A stretch of 64,000 bases of DNA from Candidatus Tepidifontimicrobium thermophilum (GTDB lineage Bacteria > Sysuimicrobiota > Sysuimicrobiia > Sysuimicrobiales > Sysuimicrobiaceae), in the NCBI GenBank assembly GCA_031459915.1, contig JAVKHO010000016.1:1-64000 (forward strand), read 5' to 3'. Shown here piece by piece: positions 1-8,839 of this stretch. The notes below the pieces were generated by a model, which ran no database searches, was not told where the DNA came from, and worked only from the letters and a program-made list of their open reading frames with translations. A program made the translations under genes and the position numbers. Numbering within the stretch: the first letter of the stretch is position 1; the number at the start of each line of letters is the position of its first letter.

Positions 1-3
1 GCC

Positions 4-600
4 CTACCGTTGGGGCCCGCGTTCACTCTGCTCACCCCCTAGCTCCAGGGAAAGCTCCTGGGTACCGGAGCGCAGGACCACCCGCTCCGGCTCGATTCGC
101 GCGACCCGGAACTGCTCCACCACGTCGCCCTCGGACACGATGTAGGTCACCTGTCCCATCTGGACGATGGCGAGAGCCTCTCCGTCTTTCATCAGGACCC
201 CCGCAAGTTTGGTGCCACCGGCCCCCGGTCCCTCACCCGGTCGCCCAGGGAAAAACGGCGGCGGGACAGGTGGCGCGGGTGGAGGAGTCGGCCGTGCCGC
301 CTGCTCGGTCACCAGAGCCGCGAAGGGGTTGCTGCGGCCGGACGGCCGGGCCGGCACCACCGCAGGCCCGGGCCCGGGAGACCCCGTAGCCGGGCTGGCT
401 GCGGGCGAAGGAGCTGCGGCGGGAGTCGGTCCCGGCTGGGCAGGTGTGGCTGCGACGGGCGGCGGCGTAGCCACCACGGCCGCCGGCGGCCTCGCGGGCC
501 GGAGGACCCGCGTGTAGACGGTATACGCCAGCAGGACCACCAGGATCGCCAGGAGGTACGGAAGCAGGCGGTTCTGCTGGCGCCCGGTCCCCGTGCTCAT
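4..600 (-). CDS. PilP-like type IV pilus accessory protein (TM anchor, Pro/Ala linker, C-terminal beta domain)
   Basis: N-terminal TM, RSNPF motif, C-terminal LAGVL...AIV...YIVSEGD...RVARIEPERVVL typical of PilP/GspC-HR; directly follows pilO with a 4-nt overlap. Confidence 0.7.
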   Translation of the reverse strand: MSTGTGRQQNRLLPYLLAILVVLLAYTVYTRVLRPARPPAAVVATPPPVAATPAQPGPTPAAAPSPAASPATGSPGPGPAVVPARPSGRSNPFAALVTEQAARPTPPPAPPVPPPFFPGRPGEGPGAGGTKLAGVLMKDGEALAIVQMGQVTYIVSEGDVVEQFRVARIEPERVVLRSGTQELSLELGGEQSERGPQR

Positions 601-1217
601 CTGGGCGCCTCCCCGACCTCAGGAAGCACGTAAGTGGTGGCACGCACGCTCAGCCCGAGGAAACTGCCGGGAGGCCGGCCTTCCTGTGTGATGGGCGTCA
701 TCCGGAAGTCCGACAGGACCATGAGCCTCGGGAAGCTCTGCAGCCGCTGGAGGAAGTCCACCAGCGCCACGTAGTCGCCTTCCGCCCCAAGCTCCACCGT
801 GAAGCTCTGGTAGGCCGGCTGCTCCGGCTGGGCCTGCTGCTGCCCGCCGCCTCCGCGAGCCTGGGGCTGAGGTGCGGGCGGCGCCTGCAGAGGGCCCGGG
901 CGCACCAGGGTGACCTTCGCCCGGGACTGGCGGACCGCCTCCTCCAGCTGGACCAGCAGCACCGGGATGTCGCGGCGGGAGGGAAGCTTGGTCTCCAGCT
1001 CCGCGATCCGCGCCTGTGCTTCCTGCAGCCGGCGTTCGACTTCGGGCCGGGACGCCACCAGCGCCTCCAGCCGCTGCCGCTCGGAAGTCAGCTGCTGGTG
1101 CTGTGTCTGGAGCCGCCGGGCCTCCTCCGTCCGGGGACGGTAGATGGCGTAGTAGAAGCCCACGACCATCAGGACCGCCAGCAGGACCACCACCAGCGCC
1201 TGCTCTCGCGGTCTCAT
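597..1217 (-). CDS. pilO: Type IV pilus biogenesis protein PilO
   Basis: TM plus coiled coil, KLPSRRDIPVLL, GDYVALVDFLQRLQSFPRL; position in the pilMNO order. Confidence 0.88.
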   Translation of the reverse strand: MRPREQALVVVLLAVLMVVGFYYAIYRPRTEEARRLQTQHQQLTSERQRLEALVASRPEVERRLQEAQARIAELETKLPSRRDIPVLLVQLEEAVRQSRAKVTLVRPGPLQAPPAPQPQARGGGGQQQAQPEQPAYQSFTVELGAEGDYVALVDFLQRLQSFPRLMVLSDFRMTPITQEGRPPGSFLGLSVRATTYVLPEVGEAPR

Positions 1218-1804
1218 CGGGTCCCCCCCGGGCTGGGCTGTGGTGTTGTCGCCGGCGAGGGCCTGCCCTCCAGTTCCGCAGTCAGGTTGAACCGGACCAC
1301 CTCCCGCTCCCCGATCCGCTGACGCTCGCTCACCGACAGGTCCACGTTGCGGAAGTACGTGGAGTTCTCCAGGTTCACCATGAAGGCCGCCAGCGACACG
1401 TTGGACGCGGTGGTGACCCCCGCCACCTGCACCGTACGGCCCCCCTGGACCGCGAACTCCGTGATCCAGGAGTCCTGCGGGATGACCGCCGCCAGCTCGT
1501 TCACCGCCTCGGAGGCAGGGATCTGACCCGCGAACAGCTCCTGGAGCAGCTTCTCCCGGCGCTCCACCGCCGCGAGGCGGGCCCGCATCCGCTCCACCTC
1601 CGCAGCCTGCGGCCGCAGGCGGTCCACGTCTGCCTGCACAGCCGCCACCTCAGCCCGCAGGGCGGCCACCCGGTTCTGCAGGGAGACCGTCCACGCGCCC
1701 AGCCCTATGGCCAGAATGACCAGCACGACCAAGCCAATGGCCAGCACGCTGGGCGGCCGGCGGGCCCGCCGTTCCGGTGCCAGAAGGTTGATGCGGATAC
1801 TCAA
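1214..1804 (-). CDS. pilN: Type IV pilus biogenesis protein PilN
   Basis: N-terminal INLLAP motif (INLLP-like PilM-binding), TM, coiled coil, IPQDSWIT, FMVNLENSTYF. Confidence 0.9.
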   Translation of the reverse strand: MSIRINLLAPERRARRPPSVLAIGLVVLVILAIGLGAWTVSLQNRVAALRAEVAAVQADVDRLRPQAAEVERMRARLAAVERREKLLQELFAGQIPASEAVNELAAVIPQDSWITEFAVQGGRTVQVAGVTTASNVSLAAFMVNLENSTYFRNVDLSVSERQRIGEREVVRFNLTAELEGRPSPATTPQPSPGGTR

Positions 1805-2844
1805 GGCTCGGCCCCCCTCAGCGCCAGGCCTGCGGCCGTAGCCAGGACCGGCGCCATGCTCGCGTCCAGCCCGTCACCGGCCACCACCCGGAAGGTGTTC
1901 CCCACCTCCACCGGGACGTTGAGCTCGTCCGCGAACAGCGCCGCGATGTTCCGCAGCCGCGCGGTCCCTCCCGTGAGCACTACCTTCCGGACGGGCTCGC
2001 CAGGCCAGCGGGAGTAGAAGTAGTCCATGGACCTGCGGATCTCCGTCAGGATGTCCCCCAGGACCGGGACGATGGCGTCCGCGATGCGGGCGGACGTGGG
2101 GTCCGTCAGGGTGGCGGGGTTGGAAACCGCGACCGCCTTTTCTTCCTTGGCCGCCGCAGCCGCCGCGGGCTCCAACCCGAGCAGGCCTGCCACAGCCCGG
2201 GTCAGGGCGTTGCCGGCCACAGGCACAGTCCGTGCCAGCCGTAACCGGCCGTTGTGGACCACCAGGATCTCCGTGGACTCGGCTCCCACGTCGGCAAGCA
2301 GGGCGGCTCCGTCCTGCGCTTCGTCCTTGAACAGCCGCATGAGGGCGAAGGAGCTGACCTCCAGCACTTCCGGCGTCACCCCTGCCTCCCGCAGGGCGGC
2401 CACAAACCCGTCCACCACCTCCCGGCGGGCCGCCACGAACAAGACGTCTAGCCGCGTGGTCTGGCCTTCCTGCACCCGCTCGAGGACCTGGAAGTCTACG
2501 GCCGGGTCCTTGCTGCCTGCAGGCAGGTAGCGCTCGGCCTCGAACCGGACCGCCTGCGCCAGCTCCTCGTCGGGCATCTGGGGGAGGCGGATTTCACGGA
2601 CCACCACGGCCCGGCCGCTTAGGGCGGTGTTCACCCGGCGGTTGCGGATGCCGGCCTGGTCGAAGGCTTTACGGACCGCCGGCCCCAGGACCTTCGGGTC
2701 CCCCGGAAGACCCTCTACCAAGCTCCCCGGCGGCGTCGGGACGGTGGCCGCGCGGGCAATACGGAAGCGGTTTCCGGCCCGCGCCAGCTCCACCGCCTTG
2801 ATGCTGTGACTTCCGACGTCCAGCCCCACCAGGGTCCCGGCCAT
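1801..2844 (-). CDS. pilM: Type IV pilus assembly protein PilM
   Basis: VGLDVGSHSIK actin-like motif, ADVGAESTE, EIRRSMDY, LTGGTA. Confidence 0.95.
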   Translation of the reverse strand: MAGTLVGLDVGSHSIKAVELARAGNRFRIARAATVPTPPGSLVEGLPGDPKVLGPAVRKAFDQAGIRNRRVNTALSGRAVVVREIRLPQMPDEELAQAVRFEAERYLPAGSKDPAVDFQVLERVQEGQTTRLDVLFVAARREVVDGFVAALREAGVTPEVLEVSSFALMRLFKDEAQDGAALLADVGAESTEILVVHNGRLRLARTVPVAGNALTRAVAGLLGLEPAAAAAAKEEKAVAVSNPATLTDPTSARIADAIVPVLGDILTEIRRSMDYFYSRWPGEPVRKVVLTGGTARLRNIAALFADELNVPVEVGNTFRVVAGDGLDASMAPVLATAAGLALRGAEP

Positions 2845-2982
2845 GTACGCTCTCCGTCCCGCGTTCCGTCCCTGCTAGCCCGTCGTTTGGTTCGAAGCCT
2901 TTCGCTTCCAGACCCCGGTTTTCCTTTTGCTATTCCGGCAGAAGCTCAGGAAATCCTGCCCGGAACTTTCCGGATTCCCTGG

Positions 2983-2998
2983 AGCAATTAGCGTGCCA
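2983..2998 (-). promoter_or_regulatory. sigma54 (-24/-12) promoter upstream of pilM
   Basis: Minus strand TGGCACGCTAATTGCT matches TGGCACG-N4-TTGCW, in the intergenic region about 140 nt before pilM. Confidence 0.8.
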
Positions 2999-3118
2999 GG
3001 ATACTTAGTCCGTGACCGAACGGTTCCGCCGCCCGTTGGCAACTGAGCTGCAGACCGTAAGGACCGCCGCGCCCCTCCCCTGACGGCGTGGAGGCTCCCG
3101 GCACCCGGACCTCCGCCC

Positions 3119-4951
3119 TCAGAATCCGACCTCCCGCCACCGGGTCACCACGACCGCTGAACCCCCGGGGGCATTCAGGAACCGGTCCAGGGCGAAGGGC
3201 AAGTACTCCCTTAGGTCCGGTACCTGGAAAAGATCCACGTTCTGCTCGAACACCAACAACCGCGAGATCACCGAACCGTACAGCTGCAGGTTCTTCTGCA
3301 TGGTGAGGTCGCACCGCTCGGGGGGCAGGGCCAGCTCGCAACCGCTCACCACGACCGCGTTGACCTCCTGGTTGGCGGGGTTTCCACTGAGCCCGAACCG
3401 GACCCTACCGTGGACCAGGAACGCCAGCAGGTCCCGGCTCGGGAAGGTGGTGTCGGGGTAGAAGAAACCGGCTGACGCCCGCCGTCGGGCCCGCAGCATC
3501 TCGCGCACGTCGAACCCGTAGTCGGCCGAGGGTTGGTTCGGGTCGCAGCTCGTCCCGGGCTCGCAAGCGACCGCGAACGTGGACGCGTCGCTCGGAACTG
3601 GGTCCCCCGTGGGGTCGTCGTCCACCCGATAGGTCACGTCCCGCAAGACCGAGAGTTTGCCCGGCACATACACCGTCTGCCTCGCCGCCACGTAAAGGTT
3701 CCCCGCACCGTCGTAGTAGGCGGCGCACGGGCCCAGGATCCCGTCGAGCCCGAGGGAGTCGCTGGCGCTGGCACACGCGTCCTGCTGTCCCCTCTTGGGG
3801 ATCCGCCACCTCTGCGAGCTCAAAACTAGATCGCGGGTCTGAGTCATATCCCTTTGCCACGCCACCTCCAGACCCTGAGGTGGCCGCAGTACAACAAGAA
3901 GCCCGTTAGCGTCTATCTCGTTAGTATAGGCATCCCGCAGGCTCCCGAACCCGTCCGCTCCGCAATCTTGCTGAGTGCGGGTACCCCGGATGCAAGCCAC
4001 CGCGTTGGGGATGCTCGCGAGCCGGATATCCGGTACTACCGCGTCTTGCAGGAGAGTGTGGATCTCAGCTGCGCCCCCCCGGTCGATCCGGCGGCCGGCG
4101 ATGTGCACTCCCAGCATCGGTACAGCTGGCATTCCGATCTGCGCGTTGCCCTGCAGGACCAGGTTCCCGCACACGAAGGTCTGGTTGTCGTACACAGGGT
4201 TCTGGGTGTCGGCCTCAGAGATCGGCCGGTCGTTCAACTGTTGCGAGTTCCCCTTGAACTCCCAGTCTCCCCGAACGTACACGGAGCCATGGATGCGGAA
4301 GGTCCCGTTACCGACCCGGGTGGCGTCCACGCGCAGCGCCGAATACGACACGAAGTCTGCGGGTGTCACCCGCTCGACCGTGAACTCGAACCCGCGTACC
4401 GCCCGGCCCACCCTCCCCACGGCCCGGAGCCGGATTCTCCCGGCCTCCGGTTGCCCCAGGACCTCCACCGTGTAGGTGCCAATCTGCTCGCTTTCCGGCA
4501 ACGAGCCCGGCGCCGTCGTGACGCGGGACACCGGTGCCGCGGCGCACGCCGGCTGGGCCGGGTCGCTGCCCGCCGCAGGCGTCACCACCCACCCGCCGCT
4601 GTCTGGGTACTGGACCCTCGGGCCCATGCATCGCCGCCTCACGCCGTCGTACAAGTACCCGCCATCACAGTTCTGGTCGCCCTCCTGAGTCGGGTCCCAG
4701 TCGTTGTCAGACCAGTCTGAGTCCAGACGTAGGGAAGCGATGGCGTGCGCCGCAGCTGCGTCGGCCACCAGGAAAGCCCGCGCCGCGTCCTCCGCCGTCT
4801 GCGCGTTGAACGTCTCGGTCATACTGGCCACGACCAGCGCCGCCGTCAGGAGCACCATGATCACGATGGTGAGGAGGGCGATCACCATGGCCGCACCTTT
4901 TTCGCAGCCGACGGATTTCCGCCACCTCGCGCACCGAAAGCGACATCTCAC
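3119..4951 (-). CDS. Large PilX-like minor pilin with an extended C-terminal domain (candidate tip adhesin/ComZ-like)
   Basis: Prepilin-like KG|AAMVIALL helix lacking Glu5 (PilX/GspK trait), AFLVADAA motif, beta-repeat-like segments, C-terminal WREV. Confidence 0.75.
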   Translation of the reverse strand: MRCRFRCARWRKSVGCEKGAAMVIALLTIVIMVLLTAALVVASMTETFNAQTAEDAARAFLVADAAAAHAIASLRLDSDWSDNDWDPTQEGDQNCDGGYLYDGVRRRCMGPRVQYPDSGGWVVTPAAGSDPAQPACAAAPVSRVTTAPGSLPESEQIGTYTVEVLGQPEAGRIRLRAVGRVGRAVRGFEFTVERVTPADFVSYSALRVDATRVGNGTFRIHGSVYVRGDWEFKGNSQQLNDRPISEADTQNPVYDNQTFVCGNLVLQGNAQIGMPAVPMLGVHIAGRRIDRGGAAEIHTLLQDAVVPDIRLASIPNAVACIRGTRTQQDCGADGFGSLRDAYTNEIDANGLLVVLRPPQGLEVAWQRDMTQTRDLVLSSQRWRIPKRGQQDACASASDSLGLDGILGPCAAYYDGAGNLYVAARQTVYVPGKLSVLRDVTYRVDDDPTGDPVPSDASTFAVACEPGTSCDPNQPSADYGFDVREMLRARRRASAGFFYPDTTFPSRDLLAFLVHGRVRFGLSGNPANQEVNAVVVSGCELALPPERCDLTMQKNLQLYGSVISRLLVFEQNVDLFQVPDLREYLPFALDRFLNAPGGSAVVVTRWREVGF

Positions 4952-5622
4952 GGTAGCACCTCCAACCTGCGCACCGCCTGGCTTCCGACGTCGAAGGGGC
5001 CCTCACCCTGCCGGCCGCTCACGACCCGCACCCGCACCTTTACCCGATAGATGTCGCCGAGGCGACTCGCACGCACACTGCCGGAGCACGTCTCCTGACC
5101 ACCCACCCCGGAAAGCGTTTGGTCTGGCAGGAGCTGGTCGAAGATGTCGTAGTAGCAGAAGTTCAGGTCCGTGACCGTGATGATCCCCACTTCCTCGTTC
5201 ACCGTCAGAGCACGTGTGGACGTGCTCTGTCCGGCCCCGCGGACAGTCTCGATCAGCCGCCCGCCTGACACCGCGTACTCCAGTTCCTCGAACGGGCCAC
5301 AAACCCCCTCGCCCGGTAGCACGTCCGCGCGAAACACGAACCGCGCAACTTCGGCCGCTCGGTAGAAAGGCAGGCAAGAGACCCATGCTCGTTCATACCC
5401 TTGTCCCGCGAGACGGACACGACGGACCATCCAGTCCAGCGACGCCCGGCCCATCTGCTGGACCCCGACGCGGTGCTGCCCCACGGCCCACGACTGCGCC
5501 ATGGCGCTCGTCGATGCAAACATCCCGCCGAAAATCACCCCGAGCATGACCAAAGCGATCATCAACTCCACCAGCGTCAAACCGCGCTGGTCTCCCCTCA
5601 GAACTCCCCAGCTCCGCCTCAT
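4948..5622 (-). CDS. PilW-like minor pilin
   Basis: RG|LTLVELMIA type IV prepilin site; ATG at 5622 overlaps the upstream stop (ATGA). Confidence 0.85.
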   Translation of the reverse strand: MRRSWGVLRGDQRGLTLVELMIALVMLGVIFGGMFASTSAMAQSWAVGQHRVGVQQMGRASLDWMVRRVRLAGQGYERAWVSCLPFYRAAEVARFVFRADVLPGEGVCGPFEELEYAVSGGRLIETVRGAGQSTSTRALTVNEEVGIITVTDLNFCYYDIFDQLLPDQTLSGVGGQETCSGSVRASRLGDIYRVKVRVRVVSGRQGEGPFDVGSQAVRRLEVLP

Positions 5623-6155
5623 CGCCGCACCACACTGGTCGCCCCTTCCACGAAGGGGTCGGAATCGGTTTCCCCCCGATAGAGGCGCACCCGCGCCCGC
5701 ATCACCGAAATCACGCAGCTGTCGGAACTTTCCGAGCAACCCTCCAGTCCCTCCACCTCCAGTCGCACGACGGCGGTTGCGAAGTCCCGTGGCAAGGGGC
5801 TCTCACCGGGCTCCTTAGACGCCGGCGTGATGGTTCGCTCCACCGCAGCCCCGCCGTCGACCTCCCTCCAGCCAGGAGGGCAGTTGCCTCCCCGGCACCT
5901 TAAGTACGCGTCTGTCAGGTAGCCGTAGCCGCGCGACCGCAGGTAGTCCAGCTCCGCCTGGAGCCAGTGCAGCGCGGCGGACTTGGCCCGCGCCGTCCGC
6001 TCCGCCTGCGGGGTCCGCGCGTAGCTGATCTGCGCGGCCACCCGCGTGACGACCTGCACGCTGGCCAGCAAGACCACGACCACCAGGGAGGTAGCCACCA
6101 GGACCTCCAGCATCGAAAGTCCAAGCTGACCGCGCGCTCTCAGCAGTCCCCTCAC
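5619..6155 (-). CDS. PilV-like minor pilin
   Basis: LG|LSMLEVLVA prepilin site with Glu5. Confidence 0.8.
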   Translation of the reverse strand: MRGLLRARGQLGLSMLEVLVATSLVVVVLLASVQVVTRVAAQISYARTPQAERTARAKSAALHWLQAELDYLRSRGYGYLTDAYLRCRGGNCPPGWREVDGGAAVERTITPASKEPGESPLPRDFATAVVRLEVEGLEGCSESSDSCVISVMRARVRLYRGETDSDPFVEGATSVVRR

Positions 6156-6168
6156 TGTCTCACTCCCC

Positions 6169-6732
6169 TTACGGACACTGCCCTCCTGGAGGCGGCACCG
6201 TCACCAGTCCCGCTGCGTTGACGCAGACGTGGCGGGTGTGGCCCCCGCCGCTCACGGTCACGGTAAACGGAGCGGGCGACGCCTCCCCTGAGGGTAGGAA
6301 GGCCAGCTGAGACGCTTGCGGGTTCACCGTCACCCCAAGGCGCATGGGCTTCCACTCCTGGCCGCTCCGTTCGTCGCGGGCCGTGTAGCCCGAGGCCAGG
6401 ATCTGCTGGCTACTGAAGCCCTCCCCATCTGGCGGACACCCCTCCTGAGCGTCCGGGTTTGGATCCCGGGGAACCGCGTGCACGGTCACCTCGTTGTCTT
6501 CGTCGAACCTCACGACCACGCACCCAACCTCGGCGGACTTCGCCACCGCGAGCTGCTGGGCCGCCCGCAGCAGGCCCGCGATTTCCCGGGTGGTGTTCTG
6601 GACCCGCCGCTCCATGACCACGCGCTGGTAGCTGGGGAACGCGAGAGCCACCAGGATCCCGAGGACCGCCACGACGAACAGGGCCTCCAGGAGAGTGAAG
6701 CCCGCTCGACTCCGACGACTGGGCCGATCCAT
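6169..6732 (-). CDS. FimT/FimU/GspH-like minor pilin
   Basis: AG|FTLLEALFVV prepilin site; LRAAQQLAV, LAFLPSG, VNAAGLV features; ATG at 6732 with AAGGGG RBS. Confidence 0.85.
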   Translation of the reverse strand: MDRPSRRSRAGFTLLEALFVVAVLGILVALAFPSYQRVVMERRVQNTTREIAGLLRAAQQLAVAKSAEVGCVVVRFDEDNEVTVHAVPRDPNPDAQEGCPPDGEGFSSQQILASGYTARDERSGQEWKPMRLGVTVNPQASQLAFLPSGEASPAPFTVTVSGGGHTRHVCVNAAGLVTVPPPGGQCP

Positions 6733-6758
6733 CCGGATCCCCCTTCGCGGCCGCGCCC

Positions 6759-6806
6759 AAAAGTAAGGGCCACCGGGACGCGGCTCCCGAACCTCCCGGT
6801 GGCCCT
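6759..6806 (-). terminator. Intrinsic terminator (riboswitch expression platform)
   Basis: 13-bp stem AGGGCCACCGGGA / TCCCGGTGGCCCT followed on the minus strand by TACTTTT, between aptamer and start codon. Confidence 0.7.
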
Positions 6807-6811
6807 GTCCC

Positions 6812-6895
6812 GGCCTTCGGCAGCCCGGCTGGCTCTTTCGACGAGCCCCGTGGCTTTGCGCCCCCGCGTCACCGCGGGTTTGCCCTTTCGCGGCC
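6812..6895 (-). ncRNA. c-di-GMP-I (GEMM) riboswitch aptamer
   Basis: Minus strand AAGGGCAAACCCGCG-GTGA-CGCGGGGGCGCAAAGCCACGGGGCTC...GAGCCAGCCGGGCTGCCGAA has the GGCAAAC, GNRA-capped P2, GCAAAGCC and GCTGCCGA hallmarks, with GGCC/GGCC as P1. Confidence 0.9.
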
Positions 6896-6906
6896 TCGTT
6901 TGGCAC

Positions 6907-6912
6907 ATTATA
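6907..6912 (-). promoter_or_regulatory. sigma70-type -10 box just upstream of the riboswitch
   Basis: Perfect TATAAT on the minus strand in a GC-rich background; the -35 match is poor. Confidence 0.55.
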
Positions 6913-6972
6913 CACCTTGAGGCTGCGGGGCAAGGGAAAGCCGCCGTCGATTTTTGCGCGGCCCAATTGTGG

Positions 6973-6988
6973 AGCAAGTAAGGTGCCA
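6973..6988 (-). promoter_or_regulatory. sigma54 (-24/-12) promoter upstream of minor-pilin operon 1
   Basis: Minus strand TGGCACCTTACTTGCT with correct GG-N10-GC spacing; intergenic. Confidence 0.75.
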
Positions 6989-7135
6989 TTAATCCCCTGA
7001 CCGCAGAGAAGGCGCGACCGCGAAGCTCACCTGGGCGGGTTCAACGCGGGCGGTGGCATACCCAGTTCCGAACGGCCCCTGCCCCCCTGCGCCAGACCCC
7101 GCGCAGCACGTCTTCGCAGCGGTCCGGGCCCTCCC

Positions 7136-7681
7136 CTACGGGGCTACCTCCGAGACCCGGACCCTGCCCGTGACAGCCGCCAGGACGACGTACCGAACGG
7201 AGCTACCGCTCCTGACTTCCAAAGTGCCCTGGTCCCCGACGGCCGGCGCACCGCTGGCGCCGAAGGCCACCCTGAAGTCCGAAGCACCGGACCGGCGCAC
7301 GGTCACCGAAGGAGGCGCCAGCGCAGACGACGTCAGCAGCTCGGCGGGCTGCCCGTCCCACGGCACACCCCAGAGTTCCACCCAGGGCTGCCCGCCGTGC
7401 GAGAACCGGGCCTCCACCTTCCGGAACCGTCCCGCCTGTGTTGTGGCCAGCTGCTGGGCGGTACGGAGGACGCGCTGGACCTCTTGGGCGGCGTAGGTGA
7501 CCCGGCGCTCGGCCAGCGCGTAGCTGAAGCCCGGAAGCGCCAACGCCACCAGGGCGCCCAGGATGGAAAAACACAGCAGGAGCTCCAGCAGCGTGTAGCC
7601 TGTCTGTCCGCGGCCACCTGGTCGGACAGTCCGGCTGGGTTCCGCGACCTTCCCTTCCCTTCGGTGCGAGCGGACCGCCAT
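7136..7681 (-). CDS. FimT/FimU/GspH-like minor pilin (second set)
   Basis: TG|YTLLELLL prepilin site; LRTAQQLA paralogous to 6169..6732. Confidence 0.85.
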   Translation of the reverse strand: MAVRSHRREGKVAEPSRTVRPGGRGQTGYTLLELLLCFSILGALVALALPGFSYALAERRVTYAAQEVQRVLRTAQQLATTQAGRFRKVEARFSHGGQPWVELWGVPWDGQPAELLTSSALAPPSVTVRRSGASDFRVAFGASGAPAVGDQGTLEVRSGSSVRYVVLAAVTGRVRVSEVAP

Positions 7682-7699
7682 CGTGGGCCTCCCTCGCTC

Positions 7700-8263
7700 T
7701 TAGTCGCAGCTCATGGGGTCGTGCTCGGCGAGTACCTCCCGCCAGCCCACCACGCGCACGGGTTGCCCCGGGCGGTCGCGGGCCAGAACGCCCTCCACGC
7801 GGCGGGTAGCGATCCCTGCCCTCCCAGTGGACCGGACGCACACGCACCCCTCCTCCCCACACTCCGGACCGGCGCGAGCCTTCAAGGATACGACGAACGT
7901 GCCGAGGGGGTGCGTGGCGGGGAAAGCCGTGAAATCCGCGGGCTGCGTACAGGCCCCGTCGGCGCCAGGGTTCAGGCACAGCAGTGCCCAGCCGGATCCC
8001 CCCACCCCCAGGAGGGATGTGGCTCCCCGCCGATCCGTCCAGTCTGGGTCGCGCGCCAGCTCGAAGACCGCGCGCTCGAACCCAGCCTCCGCCACCTGGA
8101 AAGCCGCCACCGCGTCCCTGGCCGTGGCGGCCGCTTTCGCTTCGTACGCGAGCACCGCCAGTGCGGCCTGGGCTGCGATCGCCACCAGCAGCATAACCAC
8201 CAGCGCGAACACAAGCCCGGCGCCCGTCTCTTCATGCAACGAGCCACCCTGCCTCATCCCCAT
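7700..8263 (-). CDS. Short PilX-like minor pilin (second set)
   Basis: TG|AGLVFALVV (no Glu5), AFQVAEAGFERA, DPDWTD, C-terminal WREV; start inferred at the overlap with the upstream stop. Confidence 0.78.
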   Translation of the reverse strand: MGMRQGGSLHEETGAGLVFALVVMLLVAIAAQAALAVLAYEAKAAATARDAVAAFQVAEAGFERAVFELARDPDWTDRRGATSLLGVGGSGWALLCLNPGADGACTQPADFTAFPATHPLGTFVVSLKARAGPECGEEGCVCVRSTGRAGIATRRVEGVLARDRPGQPVRVVGWREVLAEHDPMSCD

Positions 8264-8829
8264 CACTCCCCCGCAAGCCGGATGGTCACGTGGTCCTCCA
8301 GGGCCAGATACTTCCAGCCGGGCGTGTGGCCCCGGAACTGGAAAGCGGCCCGCACCCGCACCCGCGCCACCTCCCGCCTGTGCGCCGCGTCGAGGGGTAG
8401 GGGGACGAGTTCTCGCCCGTCCCGGTCGAAGTAAGCGAGCTCGAAGGAGGCGACGCGGAAGTTGTCCTCCTCGGTAGTCAAGGGCGCGACCGTGTTGCCC
8501 CACAGCTCGCGCAGGACTCCATCGGGACCAAGGTAGAAACCGTGTCGTTCGGGGCCGGCGATTCCCTCCGAAAAGTCCGCCAGGAACTCCACGCGCGAGC
8601 GGTCTGCCAAGAGCACCCGCTCGCCGGCCCCGTACCCGGCGGCCCGCAGGAGGACTGTGATCCGCTCCAGAGCGGCCCGCGCGTGGTGTTCGGCCTCCGA
8701 CCACCGTTTGCTGGCAGCTGCCAGCCGCACCGCGCTTGCTACCACGGTGGCCCCCGCGGCAGCCACCAGAGCGAGCAGCGCTGCCCCGACTACGAGCTCC
8801 ACGAGGGTGAGTCCGCGCGCGTTCCTCAC
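8263..8829 (-). CDS. PilW-like minor pilin (second set)
   Basis: RG|LTLVELVVG; ARAALERITVLLRAAGYG. Confidence 0.85.
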   Translation of the reverse strand: MRNARGLTLVELVVGAALLALVAAAGATVVASAVRLAAASKRWSEAEHHARAALERITVLLRAAGYGAGERVLLADRSRVEFLADFSEGIAGPERHGFYLGPDGVLRELWGNTVAPLTTEEDNFRVASFELAYFDRDGRELVPLPLDAAHRREVARVRVRAAFQFRGHTPGWKYLALEDHVTIRLAGE

Positions 8830-8839
8830 GGCGCACCCC

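Noticed and set aside
1..26. Start of a next gene (GTG at 26, possibly pilQ) overlapping the PilP-like gene end
   Set aside because: Only about 8 codons are visible; identity cannot be supported
2898..2930. SigH-like promoter (AAAGGAAAA...GCGAAAG, minus strand) before pilM
   Set aside because: The -10 element deviates from GAAT and there is only one instance; too weak to call
3178..3230. REP-like words (GGAACCGGTCCAGG, CCGGTACCTGGAA) inside the large PilX gene; also near 48551
   Set aside because: Partial matches in coding sequence without the full palindrome; plausibly chance
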